Assembly (NCBI GenBank): GCA_963717935.1
Contig: CAVQXP010000002.1
Coordinates: forward strand, 320,001 to 384,000
Length of the DNA stretch: 64,000 nucleotides
Origin: Candidatus Eiseniibacteriota bacterium
GTDB lineage: Bacteria > Eisenbacteria > RBG-16-71-46
Direction: 5' to 3'
Positions 53,110-64,000 of this stretch are shown here, one piece after another. The translations under genes were made by a program, and so were the position numbers. Position 1 is the first letter of the stretch. Each line of letters opens with the position of its first letter. The notes under the pieces were generated by a model that saw only the letters and a program-made list of their open reading frames with translations, made no database searches and was not told where the DNA came from.

Positions 53110-54880
53110 GTGGCGGCCTTGAGTCCGGAGGCTGGCGGCCCCAGGCCGGCCGTCGCTCGGGGGCTGCCCGCGCCCGGCATCGCCGCGGTGCTGCTGCTGG
53201 CGGTGCTGTTCGTGGCCACGCAGCATCCCGGCGCGCTGACCGTCCCCTTCGTCGGCGACGACTACTTCTCCCTGGACAAGACCCGCGACGCACCCCTTGC
53301 GGCCGTGTGGGCGCCGCAGGCCCTGGTGTCGCACTTCTACCGCCCGTGGTCGCGCGAGCTGCACTACTGGGTGCTCCAGCGCCTGTTCGGCCTGCGGGTC
53401 GAGCCCTACCACGCCGTCAGCATGGCGTTGTGGGTGGGGATCGTGGCGCTCTACTTCGCGCTCGTCCGGCGTCTCGCGGGGGGGCGCGTCGCCGCGCTCG
53501 CCACCGCCGCGGCGATGACGCTGGCAGGCTGGGGCGTGCTCATCGTGTGGGCCCAGGGGGCGCAGGACCTGTGGATGATCCTGTTCGCGCTCGCCTGCTT
53601 CCACGCCGTGGCGCGCGGCAGCGTGGCCTGGGCGTGCGTGGCGCAACTGCTCGCGCTCCTCAGCAAGGAGACCGCCGCGCTCCTGCCGCTCATGGTCTTC
53701 GTGCTGGAGTGGCGGGTCATGCGGCGCACGCCGGGAGAGGCCCTGAGGCGCACGGCGCCGCTCGCGGCGATCGCCCTGGCGTGGGCCGCGCTGCACCCGC
53801 TGCTCGGCGGCCGGCTGTGGTGGCCCCGGCTCGATCCGGTGCTGCCCGGGGTGCATCCCGGCCTCGCGCAGATCGCCGGCGCGCACGCTGCTCGCGGTCG
53901 TGAACCTGCACGCCCTGCCCGCGCCGGAGGCCGGGTGGCCGGCGACCCTGCGCCTGGCGCTGCCTGGTGCGGTCGCGGTGGTCGTGCTGGCGGTCTGGGG
54001 CCTGTTCGCGGGCAGGGGGCGCGGGGACGCGGCGCGCGGGGCCGCCCCGCGCAGAGCGGCCACCTTCGGCGTGGCCTGGGCGCTGCTGGGCTGGGCGCCG
54101 CTCCTGATGCCGACCGTGGCGTGGCACCCGTATCCCATCCTGCTCGGCGCGCTGGGCGCGTGGCTCGCGCTGGCGGTGGCGCTGGTCCGCGCGCCGTGGC
54201 CCGCGCTCGCGCTGGTCGGTGCCCTTGGCGTGGCCCGGGCGAGCCTGGCGACGACCCCCTCCGCGGACTGGGGCACGGAGTGGTTCCAGCTCCGGGCCGC
54301 GCGGTTCAGCGAGGCCGCGCACGGCGCGTTGCTCCGGCTGCGGCCCGCGCTCCCTCCGCACTCGCGCGTGTTCCTCGGCGGCGTTCCCGGGGGCGTGGGG
54401 CTGCTGCCCGGGGACGAGGAGTCGCCGCCCCTGCGCGTGTGGTACCGGGACCGCACGCTGCGCGCCGCGAGCTGGGAGCGCTACGCGCAGCGCCAGGCTG
54501 GCGACTCCCTGGGCGAGGACGTCTTCCTCCGCTTCGACTTCGAGGGTGGCTGGCGCGAGGTCGTGAGGGGCGCGGAGGACGTGGCGGCCGAGCGGGCCGG
54601 CGCGCCGTCCTGGCGCGCGGACCACGAGCGGCTCGCGGTCGCGCTCTCGCGCGGTGGCGACTGGGCGGCCGCGGCGGTCGAGTACACCAAGCTGGCGCGC
54701 GCCTTCCCGGCTGACGCGACGTATCCGTACTACGTGGGGCTCGCGCTCGCGGTGCAGGGCGACAGCCTCGGGGCGGTGGACTGGATCCGGGCGGCGGCGG
54801 CGCTGCCCTCGGCGGACCAGGAGATCCGGGCCGCCGCGCGGGCGCTGGTGCCGCGCGTGGGGAGCGCCGGCCCGCGCTGA
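53110..54880 (+). CDS. GT-C-like polytopic membrane protein with TPR-like tail, paralog 1 (frameshift near 53878)
   Basis: PFVGDDY, YRPWSRELHYW, LLSKETA, LRVWYRD, DHERLA. Confidence 0.75.
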
Positions 54881-54903
54881 GCGCGGGCACGGCTGGAGGG
54901 CTC

Positions 54904-56659
54904 ATGGGAGATGCGAGGCCGGTCCGGCGCTGGGCCACGCGGGACGTCTGGGCCGTGCCCGGCCTGCTCGCGGCGTTCCTCGCCACCCAGTACGGCTACG
55001 CGTGGCGCGTGCCGTTCCTGAACGACGACTTCGTGTTCCTCGACGTCACGCGTGGAGCCTCGTTCCTCTCGCTGTGGTCGCCGCGCCCGGCGGTCTGGCT
55101 CTGGTACCGGCCGTGGTCGCGCGAGCTGCACTACTGGACCCTGCAGGGGCTCTTCGGGACGAATGTCGTGCCGTACCACTTCGCGAGCTTCGCGCTGTGG
55201 CTGGCCCTCATGGGGCTCTACTGGACGCTGGCGCGGCGCCTGACCGGTGCGCGCGCCGCGGCGATCTCGACCGCGGGCGTAGCCGCGCTGGCCGCCTGGG
55301 GTCTGCCGCTCGTGTGGATCGCGGGCGTGCAGGACCTGTGGATGATGACGCTCGCCCTCGGCACGCTGCTCGCCTTTCTGCACGCGCGCCGGGGGCTGGC
55401 CACGGTCCTCTTCGCCCTGGCGCTGCTCAGCAAGGAGACGGCCGCGCTCGTGCCCTTCGTGGCCTTCGTCCTCGCCTGGCGCGTCGAGAAGCGCCCGCTG
55501 GGGGCGGCCTTGCGGCGCACCGCGCCGCTGCTGGCCGTGGCGGCGGCCTGGGCGCTCCTGCATCCGCTCCTCGGGGGCAGGTTGTGGCAGACAGCGCCGC
55601 TGCCGGCCGCGCCCGTCGCGAACGCCGGGCTCGCGAGCGTGGCCTGCCCGCACGCTGCTCGCCATGGTGAACCTGGATGCCGTGCCGCGGCCCGAGTTCG
55701 GCTGGAGCGGGCCGCTGCTGCTGGGCGCGGCCGGAGCGCTGTGCCTGGTCGCGCTCGCGCTCGCGGCGCTCCGGCCGCGCGTCCGGCCGGCGCGCGAGCC
55801 CGCAGTGCCGGCCCGGCGGCTCGCGGCGCTGGCCGGCGCCTGGGCCCTCGCGGGCTGGCTCCCGCTGCTCATGCCGTCGGTGGGCTGGCACGCCTACTAC
55901 GGGCTCTTCGGCATGCTGGGCGCGTGGCTGCTGCTGGGCGCGTGGCTCGCGCGCCGGCCCGTGCTCGCCCTGACGGTGGTCGCCGCGCTCGCGCTGCTGC
56001 GCCCGCTGCAGGCCGCCACCGTCTCGCGCGACTGGGGCGACGAGTGGTACCAGAGACGCGCGGCGGAGTTCATCGATTTCATGCAGCGGGACCTGCTGGC
56101 GAAGGTCCCCGCGGTGCCGCCCCACAGCCGGCTCTACTTCCTGGACGTGCCGAGCAACGTGGGCTTCCTGCAGGGCGACGGGCCGGCGCTGCGCCTCTGG
56201 TACCGGGACCCCACGGTGAGCGGAGGGCTGCTCTCCCAGTACCGCGCGCGCCCGGCGGGCTCCCCGGCGGGGCCCGACCGCTTCTTCCGCTACGACAGCC
56301 TGGCCGGGTGGATCGAGGTGCGGCGGGGGCCCGAGGACGCCGCGGCACGTTCGGCCGACCGGCTCTGGCGCGAGGACCACGAGCGGCTTGCGATCGCGCT
56401 GTCGCGCGGCGAGGACTGGCCCGGGGCGGCGGGGGAGTACGCGAAGCTCGCCGCCGCGTGCCCCGACTCCGTGGACTACCTCTACTACGCCGGGCTCGCC
56501 GCGCGCGCGGCCGGAGATTCGACCGCGGCGCGCACGTGGCTCGTCCGCGCCGCCGCCCTGCCCTCGGCCGACGACGAGGTCCGGGCAGCCGCGCGCGCTC
56601 TCGGCGCGGACGCGGCACCGGCCCCGCGGGGCGGAGCGCGCGGTGCCGTGCGGCGGTAG
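54904..56659 (+). CDS. GT-C-like polytopic membrane protein with TPR-like tail, paralog 2 (frameshift near 55646)
   Basis: PFLNDDF, YRPWSRELHYW, LLSKETA, LRLWYRD, DHERLA; tandem duplicate of the previous gene. Confidence 0.75.
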
Positions 56660-56720
56660 CGCAAGCGCACGGCGGGTGCTAGATTGCGGCTTCCCGTTCG
56701 ACCATCACGCGAGACCCTCC

Positions 56721-57785
56721 ATGGATGCTGAAGTCCTCGCCGAGTTGCTCGGTACGCTGGTGGACATCCCCAGCGTCACCGGGCGGGAATCCGCCATCGC
56801 CGGCTTCGTGGCCGCGCGCCTGGAGCGCCGCGCCACGGGAGAGTGCCTGCGCCTGGGGGACGCGGTGGTCTGGCGCGGGCCGCGGCGCGGCCGGCCGCTG
56901 GTCGTGCTCGCGGGGCACCTCGACACCGTTCCGGGAAGGGGAACGAGCGGGCGCGCCGCGACGGCGACCGGCTCTACGGGCTGGGCGCGACCGACATGAA
57001 GGGCGGCGACGCGGTGGCGCTCGCCCTGATCGAGTCCCTGGACCCCGCCCGGCTGCGCTTCGACCTGGCGGCGGTGTTCTACGACGGGGAGGAGGGACCG
57101 CACGAGGCCAATGGCCTGGGCCGGCTGCTGGAGGGGCTGCCCTGGTTGCGCGAGGCGGCCCTTGCCGTCCTGCTCGAGCCCACGGCCGCGCAGGCGGAGC
57201 TGGGCTGCAACGGCATGATGAACGTGGAGGTGCGCGTCCACGGGAAGAGCGCTCACGCGGCGCGGCCCTGGACCGGGGAGAACGCCGTCGCGCGCGCCGC
57301 GCCCTGGCTCGCGGAGATCGTGCGCTTCCCGGTCACGCCGGTCCTCGTGCAGGGCCTCGAGTTCCGCGAGACGCTGCAGGTCACCGTGCTGCGATCCGGC
57401 GGGACGAGGAACGTGGTGCCCGACGAGCTCATGGCCAACCTCAACCACCGCTACCCTCCCGGCCGCACGCCGGCCGAGGCCGAGGCGCGGCTGCGCGCGC
57501 TGGTGCCGGCGCAGTTCGAGTTCGAGGTCGTCGACCAGGCCCCGCCGGGGCTCGTGTGTCTCGACCGCCCGCTGGTGCGCGAGTTCGTGACGCGGTTCCA
57601 CCTGGAGGTGACGGGCAAGCAGGGCTGGACCGACGTGGCGCGCTTCACGACGGCGGGGGTGCCGGCGCTGAACTTCGGCCCCGGGCTGCCCGACCTGTGC
57701 CACGTCGCCGGCGAGTACTGCCCGGTCCCGAATCTGGTGCGCGGCTTACGACTGTCTGGCGCGATTCCTCGCGGAGGGGGAGTGA
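56721..57785 (+). CDS. dapE: Succinyl-diaminopimelate desuccinylase (frameshifts near 56935 and 57745)
   Basis: LVDIPSVTG, LAGHLDTVP, GATDMKGG, YDGEEG, SAHAARPW, GWTDVARF, NFGPG; adjacent to dapD. Confidence 0.88.
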
Positions 57786-57837
57786 TGAGTCTCGACGACC
57801 GGAGTGCCGCCACGCTGGCGGGAGCGGGGGTGGAGCC

Positions 57838-58686
57838 GTGAGCGGGCTGCCGGTCGAGCGCTGGGCCGCCGTGGTCGCGGCGGCGTACGAGGGCCGCCGC
57901 CCGCTCGAGGACGGCGAGGTGCGCGGCGCGGTCGAGGGCGCGGTCGCCGCGCTCGATTCGGGCGACCTGCGCGTGGCGGAGAAGCGCGCGCCGCAGCCGG
58001 GCGGCGTGCCGGAGTGGATCACCCACGGCTGGCTCCAGCAGGCGCTGGCGCTCTACTTCCGGCTGCGCGTCTCGCGCACCATGGAGGTCGGGCCCTTCGA
58101 GTTCCACGACAAGATCCCGCTCAAGCAGGGCCTGGCGGCGGCGGGCGTGCGCGTGGCGCCGCCGGGGGTCGCTCGCTACGGCTCGTTCCTCGAGCCGGGC
58201 GCGATCCTCATGCCGGGCTACGTCAACATCGGCGCGCGCGTGGGGGCCGGCACGCTCGTGGACACCTGGGCCACGGTGGGCTCGTGCGCCCAGATCGGCG
58301 CGCGCGTGCACCTCTCGGGCGGCGTGGGCATCGGCGGGGTGCTCGAGCCGCCGCAGAGCCGCCCGGTGATCGTCGAGGACGACTGCTTCATCGGCTCGCG
58401 CTCGATCGTGGTCGAGGGCGTGCTGGTGGAGGAGGGGGCGGTGGTCGGCGCGGGCGTGGTGCTGACCGCCTCGACCCCGATCGTGGACGTGACCGGCCGC
58501 GAGCCCGTCACCACGCGGGGGCGGGTGCCCGCGCGCGCGGTGGTCATCCCGGGCTCGCTGCCGAAGAGCTTCCCGGCCGGGACCTTCGGGGTGCCCTGCG
58601 CGCTGGTCATCGGCCGGCGGCGCGAGTCCACCGACCTGAAGACCTCGCTCAACGACGCGCTGCGCGAGCACGGAGTGCCGGTCTAG
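57838..58686 (+). CDS. dapD: Tetrahydrodipicolinate N-succinyltransferase
   Basis: FHDKIPLK, YVNIGA, VDTWATVGSCAQIG, HLSGGVGIGGVLEP, KTSLNDALR. Confidence 0.95.
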   Translation: MSGLPVERWAAVVAAAYEGRRPLEDGEVRGAVEGAVAALDSGDLRVAEKRAPQPGGVPEWITHGWLQQALALYFRLRVSRTMEVGPFEFHDKIPLKQGLAAAGVRVAPPGVARYGSFLEPGAILMPGYVNIGARVGAGTLVDTWATVGSCAQIGARVHLSGGVGIGGVLEPPQSRPVIVEDDCFIGSRSIVVEGVLVEEGAVVGAGVVLTASTPIVDVTGREPVTTRGRVPARAVVIPGSLPKSFPAGTFGVPCALVIGRRRESTDLKTSLNDALREHGVPV

Positions 58687-61112
58687 TGAGGAAGCGCCCG
58701 GCCACAGCGCGGCCGCGACCGGAGAAGGCGCCCGCCGGGGCGGGGCGGTCCTCGCCGGCCGCGGCGGTCCCGGAGACGCCGGCCGGGCCGCTCCCGGGCC
58801 GGGATCGCGTCGCGGTCCTGGTCACCCTCCTGCTCGCCTGGGCTCTGCTCTTCGGGCCGCAACTCTTCGCCGGACGCGTGTTCGTGATCGGTGACGCGCC
58901 CGCATTCCGTCCCTACGCCGAGTTCTCCCGCGCACGCTGGCGCGAGCACCACGAGCGCACGTTCTGGAACCCCTACGTGTTCACGGGCATCCCCGCGGCG
59001 GCGAGCCTCGCGGACCCGCGCCCGCAGTACCTGCCCGATGGCCTGCTCGACGCCTGGGACGCGCTGGATCGCGCGCCCGGAGTGCCGCGCTTGTGGGGAC
59101 CGTTGCTGGCCCATCTGGCCGGCATGCTCGCGGCCGCTGGACTGGCACGGGCGCTGTGGCGCTCGCGCGCCCCGGGCATGGCCTGGGCCGGGCTCGCCTG
59201 GGGCCTGACCCCGAACCTGGTCGTGCCCTTCGCCTTCGGCCACGACGCCCAGTTCGTGACGGCCTCGCTGATGCCGGTGACGCTGCTGGCGGTGCACGGC
59301 GTCATGGCCGCGGCGTCGCGTCCGGCCGCGTGGGCCGCGGCGCTGGGTCTGGCGCTCGCCTTCGCGCTCGCGGCCGCAGCCGGCCACCCGCAGTTCGTCC
59401 TGTTCACGTTGCTGCTCGGGGCGGCCTTCGCCCTCGAGCGCGCGCGCCGTTTCGCGCGGCCGGAACGCCTGGCGCTGGCGGCGGCGGGTGTGGCGCTCGG
59501 AGGGGCGATGGCGGCCGCGGCATGGTGGCCGGCGTTCCTCTACGGCGGGCTCTCGGTGCGCGGGGGCAGGGGGCTCCCGCTCGGCGAGGTGCAGAGCTTC
59601 AGCTTCGCGCTGCGCGACTACCTCACGCTGGCCTGGCCCTGGGGCGTGGGCTTCGGTGGGAGCACCTACTGGGGCGGCATGCGCGCCACCGACTATCCGA
59701 ACTACCTCGGGGTGGTGGCACTGCTCGCGCTGCCCGCCGCCTGGGCCGTGCGCCGGGACGCCGGGCGCGGAGCGGCCACGGTGCTGGCGGTCGCGGGACT
59801 GCTCGGCCTGACCCTGGCGCTGGGGACCCGGCTCCCGCTCTACGAGGTCGCGTACCGCTTCGTGCCGCTGGTCTCGAGCCTGCGCGTCGCGGTCGCCGGG
59901 CTGATCGTGACCCAGCTGGCCGCGGCGCTGCTCTCGGCGCGTGGCCTGGAGCGGCTGCTGGAGCGCGCATCGACGCCGCGCTGGATCCTGCCCGCGGCTG
60001 GCGCGGCCCTGCTGCTCGCGGCGGCGCTGAGCGCCGGCGGGCCGCTGCAGGGCCTGCTGCGCGACGCGGCGCTGGCCGCCCGGCCGCAGCTGGACCCGGC
60101 GACGGCGGCGAGCGCGGCGGAGTCGGCGGTTCAGGATCTCGCCCTGCGCCTCGGGCTGGTCGCGCTGGCGCTCGCCGCGCTGGGACTGACCGGACGCGCG
60201 CGGAGCTGGCGGCCGCTGGTGCTGGCGGGGCTGTTGATCTGCGACCTCGCCATCGTGGACCTCCCGCTGCTCGGCAAGGCCACCGGCCCGCTGGCGGGGC
60301 TGGCTCCGCCGTCACCGCCGCGGATCGCCCAGCTCGCGGCCGCCGATCCGCTGAGCCGGGCGTTCCCGATGGACCGCGGCCTCTTCTACTCGAACGCCTG
60401 GATCGCGTGGCGCGCCCGCTCGGTGGGGGGGCTGCATGGGGCGGTGAACCGGAGGTGGGACGACCTCTGGAGAGAGGGACTGCTCCCGCGCGCGGGCATG
60501 CTGCGCGCGCTGGCGGTGCGCTGGTTCGAAGGGAACGAGCTGCAGGCCCAGGACACGACGCGGGTCGAGGCCGTGTACCGGGCGCCCTCGGGCGTGACCG
60601 TGTACCGGCTGCGCCACCCGCTGCCGCGCGCCTACGCGGTGCCGGAGGTGATCGCCCTGAGCAGGGACCTGGACGTGCTGCGGTGCCTGTACGACGCGGG
60701 CTTCGCTCCCGAGCGGATCGCCTATACGACCGAGCCGCGCGCGGCGGGCCGCTACCCGGGGTCGGCCGCTGCCGCGCTGCGCTGGCGGCGTGACGATCCC
60801 GACCGGCTGGAGCTGGACGTGGATGCGCCCATGATGGCCTTCATCGTGCTCGCCGATGCGTGGCTGCCGGGCTGGAGCGTGGCCGTGGACGGCACGCGCG
60901 CGCCGCTCTTCCGCGTGGACCACCTGCTGCGCGGCGTGGCGGTGCCGGCGGGCAGCCACCGCGTGACGATGCGCTACGAGCCCCCGGGCCGGGCGGCGAG
61001 CGTGCCCGTGACACGGGTGGCGTTCCTGCTGTGGCTCGGGCTCGTGGTGGTGGCGGGCGTGGCGCTCGCGCGCGGCGGATCGGTGAGGCGCATCCCGGCC
61101 GGGGACGCCTGA
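58686..61112 (+). CDS. YfhO-family (GT-C-like) membrane protein
   Basis: FWNPYVFTGIP, AGHPQ, YLGVV, PLPRAY, VLADAWLPGWSVAVDG, LLRGVAVPAGSHRVTMRYEP. Confidence 0.85.
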   Translation: MRKRPATARPRPEKAPAGAGRSSPAAAVPETPAGPLPGRDRVAVLVTLLLAWALLFGPQLFAGRVFVIGDAPAFRPYAEFSRARWREHHERTFWNPYVFTGIPAAASLADPRPQYLPDGLLDAWDALDRAPGVPRLWGPLLAHLAGMLAAAGLARALWRSRAPGMAWAGLAWGLTPNLVVPFAFGHDAQFVTASLMPVTLLAVHGVMAAASRPAAWAAALGLALAFALAAAAGHPQFVLFTLLLGAAFALERARRFARPERLALAAAGVALGGAMAAAAWWPAFLYGGLSVRGGRGLPLGEVQSFSFALRDYLTLAWPWGVGFGGSTYWGGMRATDYPNYLGVVALLALPAAWAVRRDAGRGAATVLAVAGLLGLTLALGTRLPLYEVAYRFVPLVSSLRVAVAGLIVTQLAAALLSARGLERLLERASTPRWILPAAGAALLLAAALSAGGPLQGLLRDAALAARPQLDPATAASAAESAVQDLALRLGLVALALAALGLTGRARSWRPLVLAGLLICDLAIVDLPLLGKATGPLAGLAPPSPPRIAQLAAADPLSRAFPMDRGLFYSNAWIAWRARSVGGLHGAVNRRWDDLWREGLLPRAGMLRALAVRWFEGNELQAQDTTRVEAVYRAPSGVTVYRLRHPLPRAYAVPEVIALSRDLDVLRCLYDAGFAPERIAYTTEPRAAGRYPGSAAAALRWRRDDPDRLELDVDAPMMAFIVLADAWLPGWSVAVDGTRAPLFRVDHLLRGVAVPAGSHRVTMRYEPPGRAASVPVTRVAFLLWLGLVVVAGVALARGGSVRRIPAGDA

Positions 61113-61169
61113 CCGCATCCGCGGGGGTGTCTCGAACTCCTGGCGTGCCGGGCGGCCGAAGGTCCCGGC

Positions 61170-61198
61170 TTGACCGTCCCCGGGGGCACTCCTAGACT
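61170..61198 (+). promoter_or_regulatory. sigma70 promoter for folB-folK-dNK-panBC
   Basis: TTGACC-N17-TAGACT. Confidence 0.6.
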
Positions 61199-61312
61199 CC
61201 GGCATCGCGAGCATCCGACCATTCCCGTGGCGGCGGCCCCGGCCCAGCCGGCCTGCACTTCATGCACGCCGCCTGCGCGCCCCGGCTCGCCGCCCTCATC
61301 GTGGAGGCGTCC

Positions 61313-61672
61313 TTGGCCATCGTCCGTCTCGAAGGCCTGTCGGTTTTCGGTCATCACGGGGCCCGCCCCTACGAGAAGGAGGCTGGCCAGCGGCTCGAGG
61401 TGGATCTCGAGATCGATCCCGTGGACGACGCGGCCGAGCACAGCGATCGCCTGGCCGACGCGGTGGACTACGACGCCATCTACCGCACCGTGCGCGACGT
61501 GGTGGAGGGCCGCAGCTTCCACCTGCTGGAGGCGCTGGCCGCAGCCACCGCCGAGGAGTTGCTGGCGCACTTCACCATGCGCCGCGTCCGGGTGCGCATC
61601 GCCAAGCAGAACCTGGGCTGGACCACGGGCGGGCGGGCCGTCGTCGAAGTGACGCGGGAACGGCGCGCATGA
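61313..61672 (+). CDS. folB: Dihydroneopterin aldolase
   Basis: TTG after GGAGG; FGHHGARPYEKEAGQRLEVDL, SDRLADAVDY, FHLLEALA. Confidence 0.93.
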   Translation: MAIVRLEGLSVFGHHGARPYEKEAGQRLEVDLEIDPVDDAAEHSDRLADAVDYDAIYRTVRDVVEGRSFHLLEALAAATAEELLAHFTMRRVRVRIAKQNLGWTTGGRAVVEVTRERRA

Positions 61673-62166
61673 AGGCCTTCATCGGGCTGGGCTCCAACCT
61701 CGGCGAGCGCGAGTCCATGATCCGGCTCGCCCTCGACGACCTGGCGCGCCTGCCGTCCACGACCCTGGTGCGCGCTTCCTCGCTCTACGACACGGAGCCC
61801 GTGGGGGACGCGGAGCAGCCCAGCTTCCTCAACGCCGTGGCCCAGATCGAGACCGAGCTCACCGCGCGCCAGCTGCTCTGGAACCTGCTGCTGATCGAGC
61901 GCCGGCTGGGTCGCGTGCGCACCCGGCACTGGGGCCCGCGCGTGATCGACCTCGACCTGCTGCTCTACGGCGACGAGGTGCTGAACCAGCCCGACCTCAC
62001 CGTGCCGCACCCCGAGCTGGTTCGCCGCTCGTTCGTGCTCGTGCCTCTGGTGGAGCTCGACCCGCTCGTCGTCCACCCGGTGACGGGGGAGACCCTGCTC
62101 GCCCACCTGTCGCGCCTCAACAACGCCCGGCCGCCCGTGAAGAAGGGCACCCGGCTGTGGAACTGA
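61669..62166 (+). CDS. folK: 2-amino-4-hydroxy-6-hydroxymethyldihydropteridine diphosphokinase
   Basis: IGLGSNLG, FLNAV, WGPRVIDLDLL, LTVPHP, RSFVLVPL. Confidence 0.96.
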   Translation: MKAFIGLGSNLGERESMIRLALDDLARLPSTTLVRASSLYDTEPVGDAEQPSFLNAVAQIETELTARQLLWNLLLIERRLGRVRTRHWGPRVIDLDLLLYGDEVLNQPDLTVPHPELVRRSFVLVPLVELDPLVVHPVTGETLLAHLSRLNNARPPVKKGTRLWN

Positions 62167-62199
62167 CCTGCCCATGACCCGAAGCCGGCCGCAGCTCCC

Positions 62200-62854
62200 A
62201 TGACCGAGAACCGCTACATCGCCGTCGAGGGCGTGATCGGCGTGGGCAAGACGAGTCTCTCGAAGCTGCTCATCGGAGCGCCTCAAGGCGCAACTGGTGC
62301 TCGAGGAGGTCGAGGAGAACCCCTTCCTCAAGGACTTCTACAAGGACCGGGCGCGTTACGCGTTCCAGACCCAGATGCACTTCCTCTTCAGCCGCTACCA
62401 GCAACAGCGCAGCCTGCGGCAGACGGAGCTGTTCAGCGAACGCCTGGTCGCCGACTACCTGTTCCAGAAGGACCGCATCTTCGCGGGGCTGAACCTCTCG
62501 GACCGGGAGCTGGCGCTGTACGAGAAGCTGGTGGTCTGGCTCGAGCTGGACGTCGTGAAGCCCGACGTGGTGGTCTATCTGCAGGCGAGCTCCGACATCC
62601 TCATGGAGCGCATCGGCAAGCGTGGCCGGGCGTTCGAGAAGGACATGGACCGCGACTACATCAAGCAGCTCAACGAGGCCTACAACTACTTCTTCTTCCA
62701 CTACGTGGACGCGCCGCTGCTGGTGGTGAACACCAACGGGATCGACTTCGTGAACAACGCGGACGACTTCGAGGACCTGCTCCAGCGCATCGTGTCGCAC
62801 CGGCAGGGCACGGTCTATTACGCGCCGCTCGAGCGCGGGGCGGCCGGGTCGTGA
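62200..62854 (+). CDS. Deoxynucleoside kinase (frameshift near 62275)
   Basis: IAVEGVIGVGKTSL, ENPFLKDFY, FLFSRYQQ, RIGKRGR. Confidence 0.9.
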
Positions 62855-63676
62855 GCGAGCCGAAGGGCGCGGGCCCCGGGCGCGGGCGCTGGACGGCGCC
62901 CGCCATCGCCGAGCTGAAGCGCCGCGGCGAGCTCATCGCCGTGGCGACCGCCTACGACTTCCCGACCGCGCGGCTCGCGGACGAGGCGGGCGTCGAGGTC
63001 GCTGCTGGTGGGCGACAGCCTGGGCACCGTGGTGCTGGGCTACGAGAGCACGCTGCCCGTCACCATGGCCGACATGCTGCACCACGTGAAGGCCGTGACG
63101 CGCGCACGCCCCGCCGCGCTGGTGGTGGCCGACATGCCCTTCCTGTCCTACCAGGCGAGCGTCGAGGAAGCGGTGCGCAACGCCGGGCGCTTCGTGCAGG
63201 AGGGCGGCGCCGACGCGGTCAAGCTGGAGGGCGGCGAGCGGGTCGCGCCGGCGGTGCGGCGCATCGTCGAGATCGGCATCCCGGTGATGGGGCACCTCGG
63301 GCTCACGCCCCAGTCGCTGCTCGCCTTCGGCGGCTACAAGGTGCAGGGGAGGGGCGAGGGCGAGGCCGAGCGCCTGATGCGGCGAGGCGCGGCTGCTGGA
63401 GCAGTGCGGCTGCTTCGCGCTGGTGCTCGAGGGCATCCCGGCCGCGCTGGGCGCGGCCGTGACGCGCGAGCTCGGCATCCCCACGATCGGCATCGGCGCC
63501 GGGGCGGCCTGCGACGGACAGGTGCTGGTGAGCCACGACCTGCTCGGCCTGACCCAGGGCCACGTGCCGAAGTTCGTGCGGCGTTACGCCGACCTGGCCG
63601 GGACCATGCGGGACGCGTTCGCGCGCTACGTGGCCGACGTCAAGGCGCGCCGCTTCCCGTCGGACGAGGAGTCGTA

Positions 63677-63680
<4 letters not shown>
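62851..63680 (+). CDS. panB: 3-methyl-2-oxobutanoate hydroxymethyltransferase (frameshifts near 63000 and 63385)
   Basis: [52 protein letters not shown]. Confidence 0.94.

Positions 63681-64000
<320 letters not shown>

Overview
Very GC-rich bacterial chromosomal window (GC judged by eye, not computed). Gene content is suggestive of an FCB-group lineage such as Candidatus Eisenbacteria, which is an inference. Many genes, including essential ones (valS, uvrB, dapE, panB), carry single-base frameshifts typical of an unpolished long-read assembly, so several real genes are split or fused in the ORF track. Housekeeping genes are rpmB, recG, valS, uvrB, nadC-birA-tatC-coaX, dapE-dapD and folB-folK-dNK-panB-panC. 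Envelope genes include a PatA/PimA-like acyltransferase-glycosyltransferase-MFS operon, Wzi, a WbpB/E/D/I-like amino-sugar pathway and six GT-C-like membrane proteins. The most striking region is ~11.8-23.9 kb, a flagellar-type regulatory cascade with no flagellar structural gene in the window. A PAS kinase and NtrC-family activator precede a sigma54 promoter. That promoter heads an operon of a lone receiver, a stand-alone sigma region-4 protein, an unknown protein, FlhG, FliA, a lone DHp protein, a degenerate GGDEF protein and a hybrid kinase. Sigma28-type promoters sit in front of csrA plus an FlgM-like gene missed by the ORF track, and in front of an mglA-type GTPase. The free sigma-4 protein may be an FlgM decoy that replaces export-based anti-sigma release. 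No rRNA, tRNA, CRISPR array or transposase was recognised.
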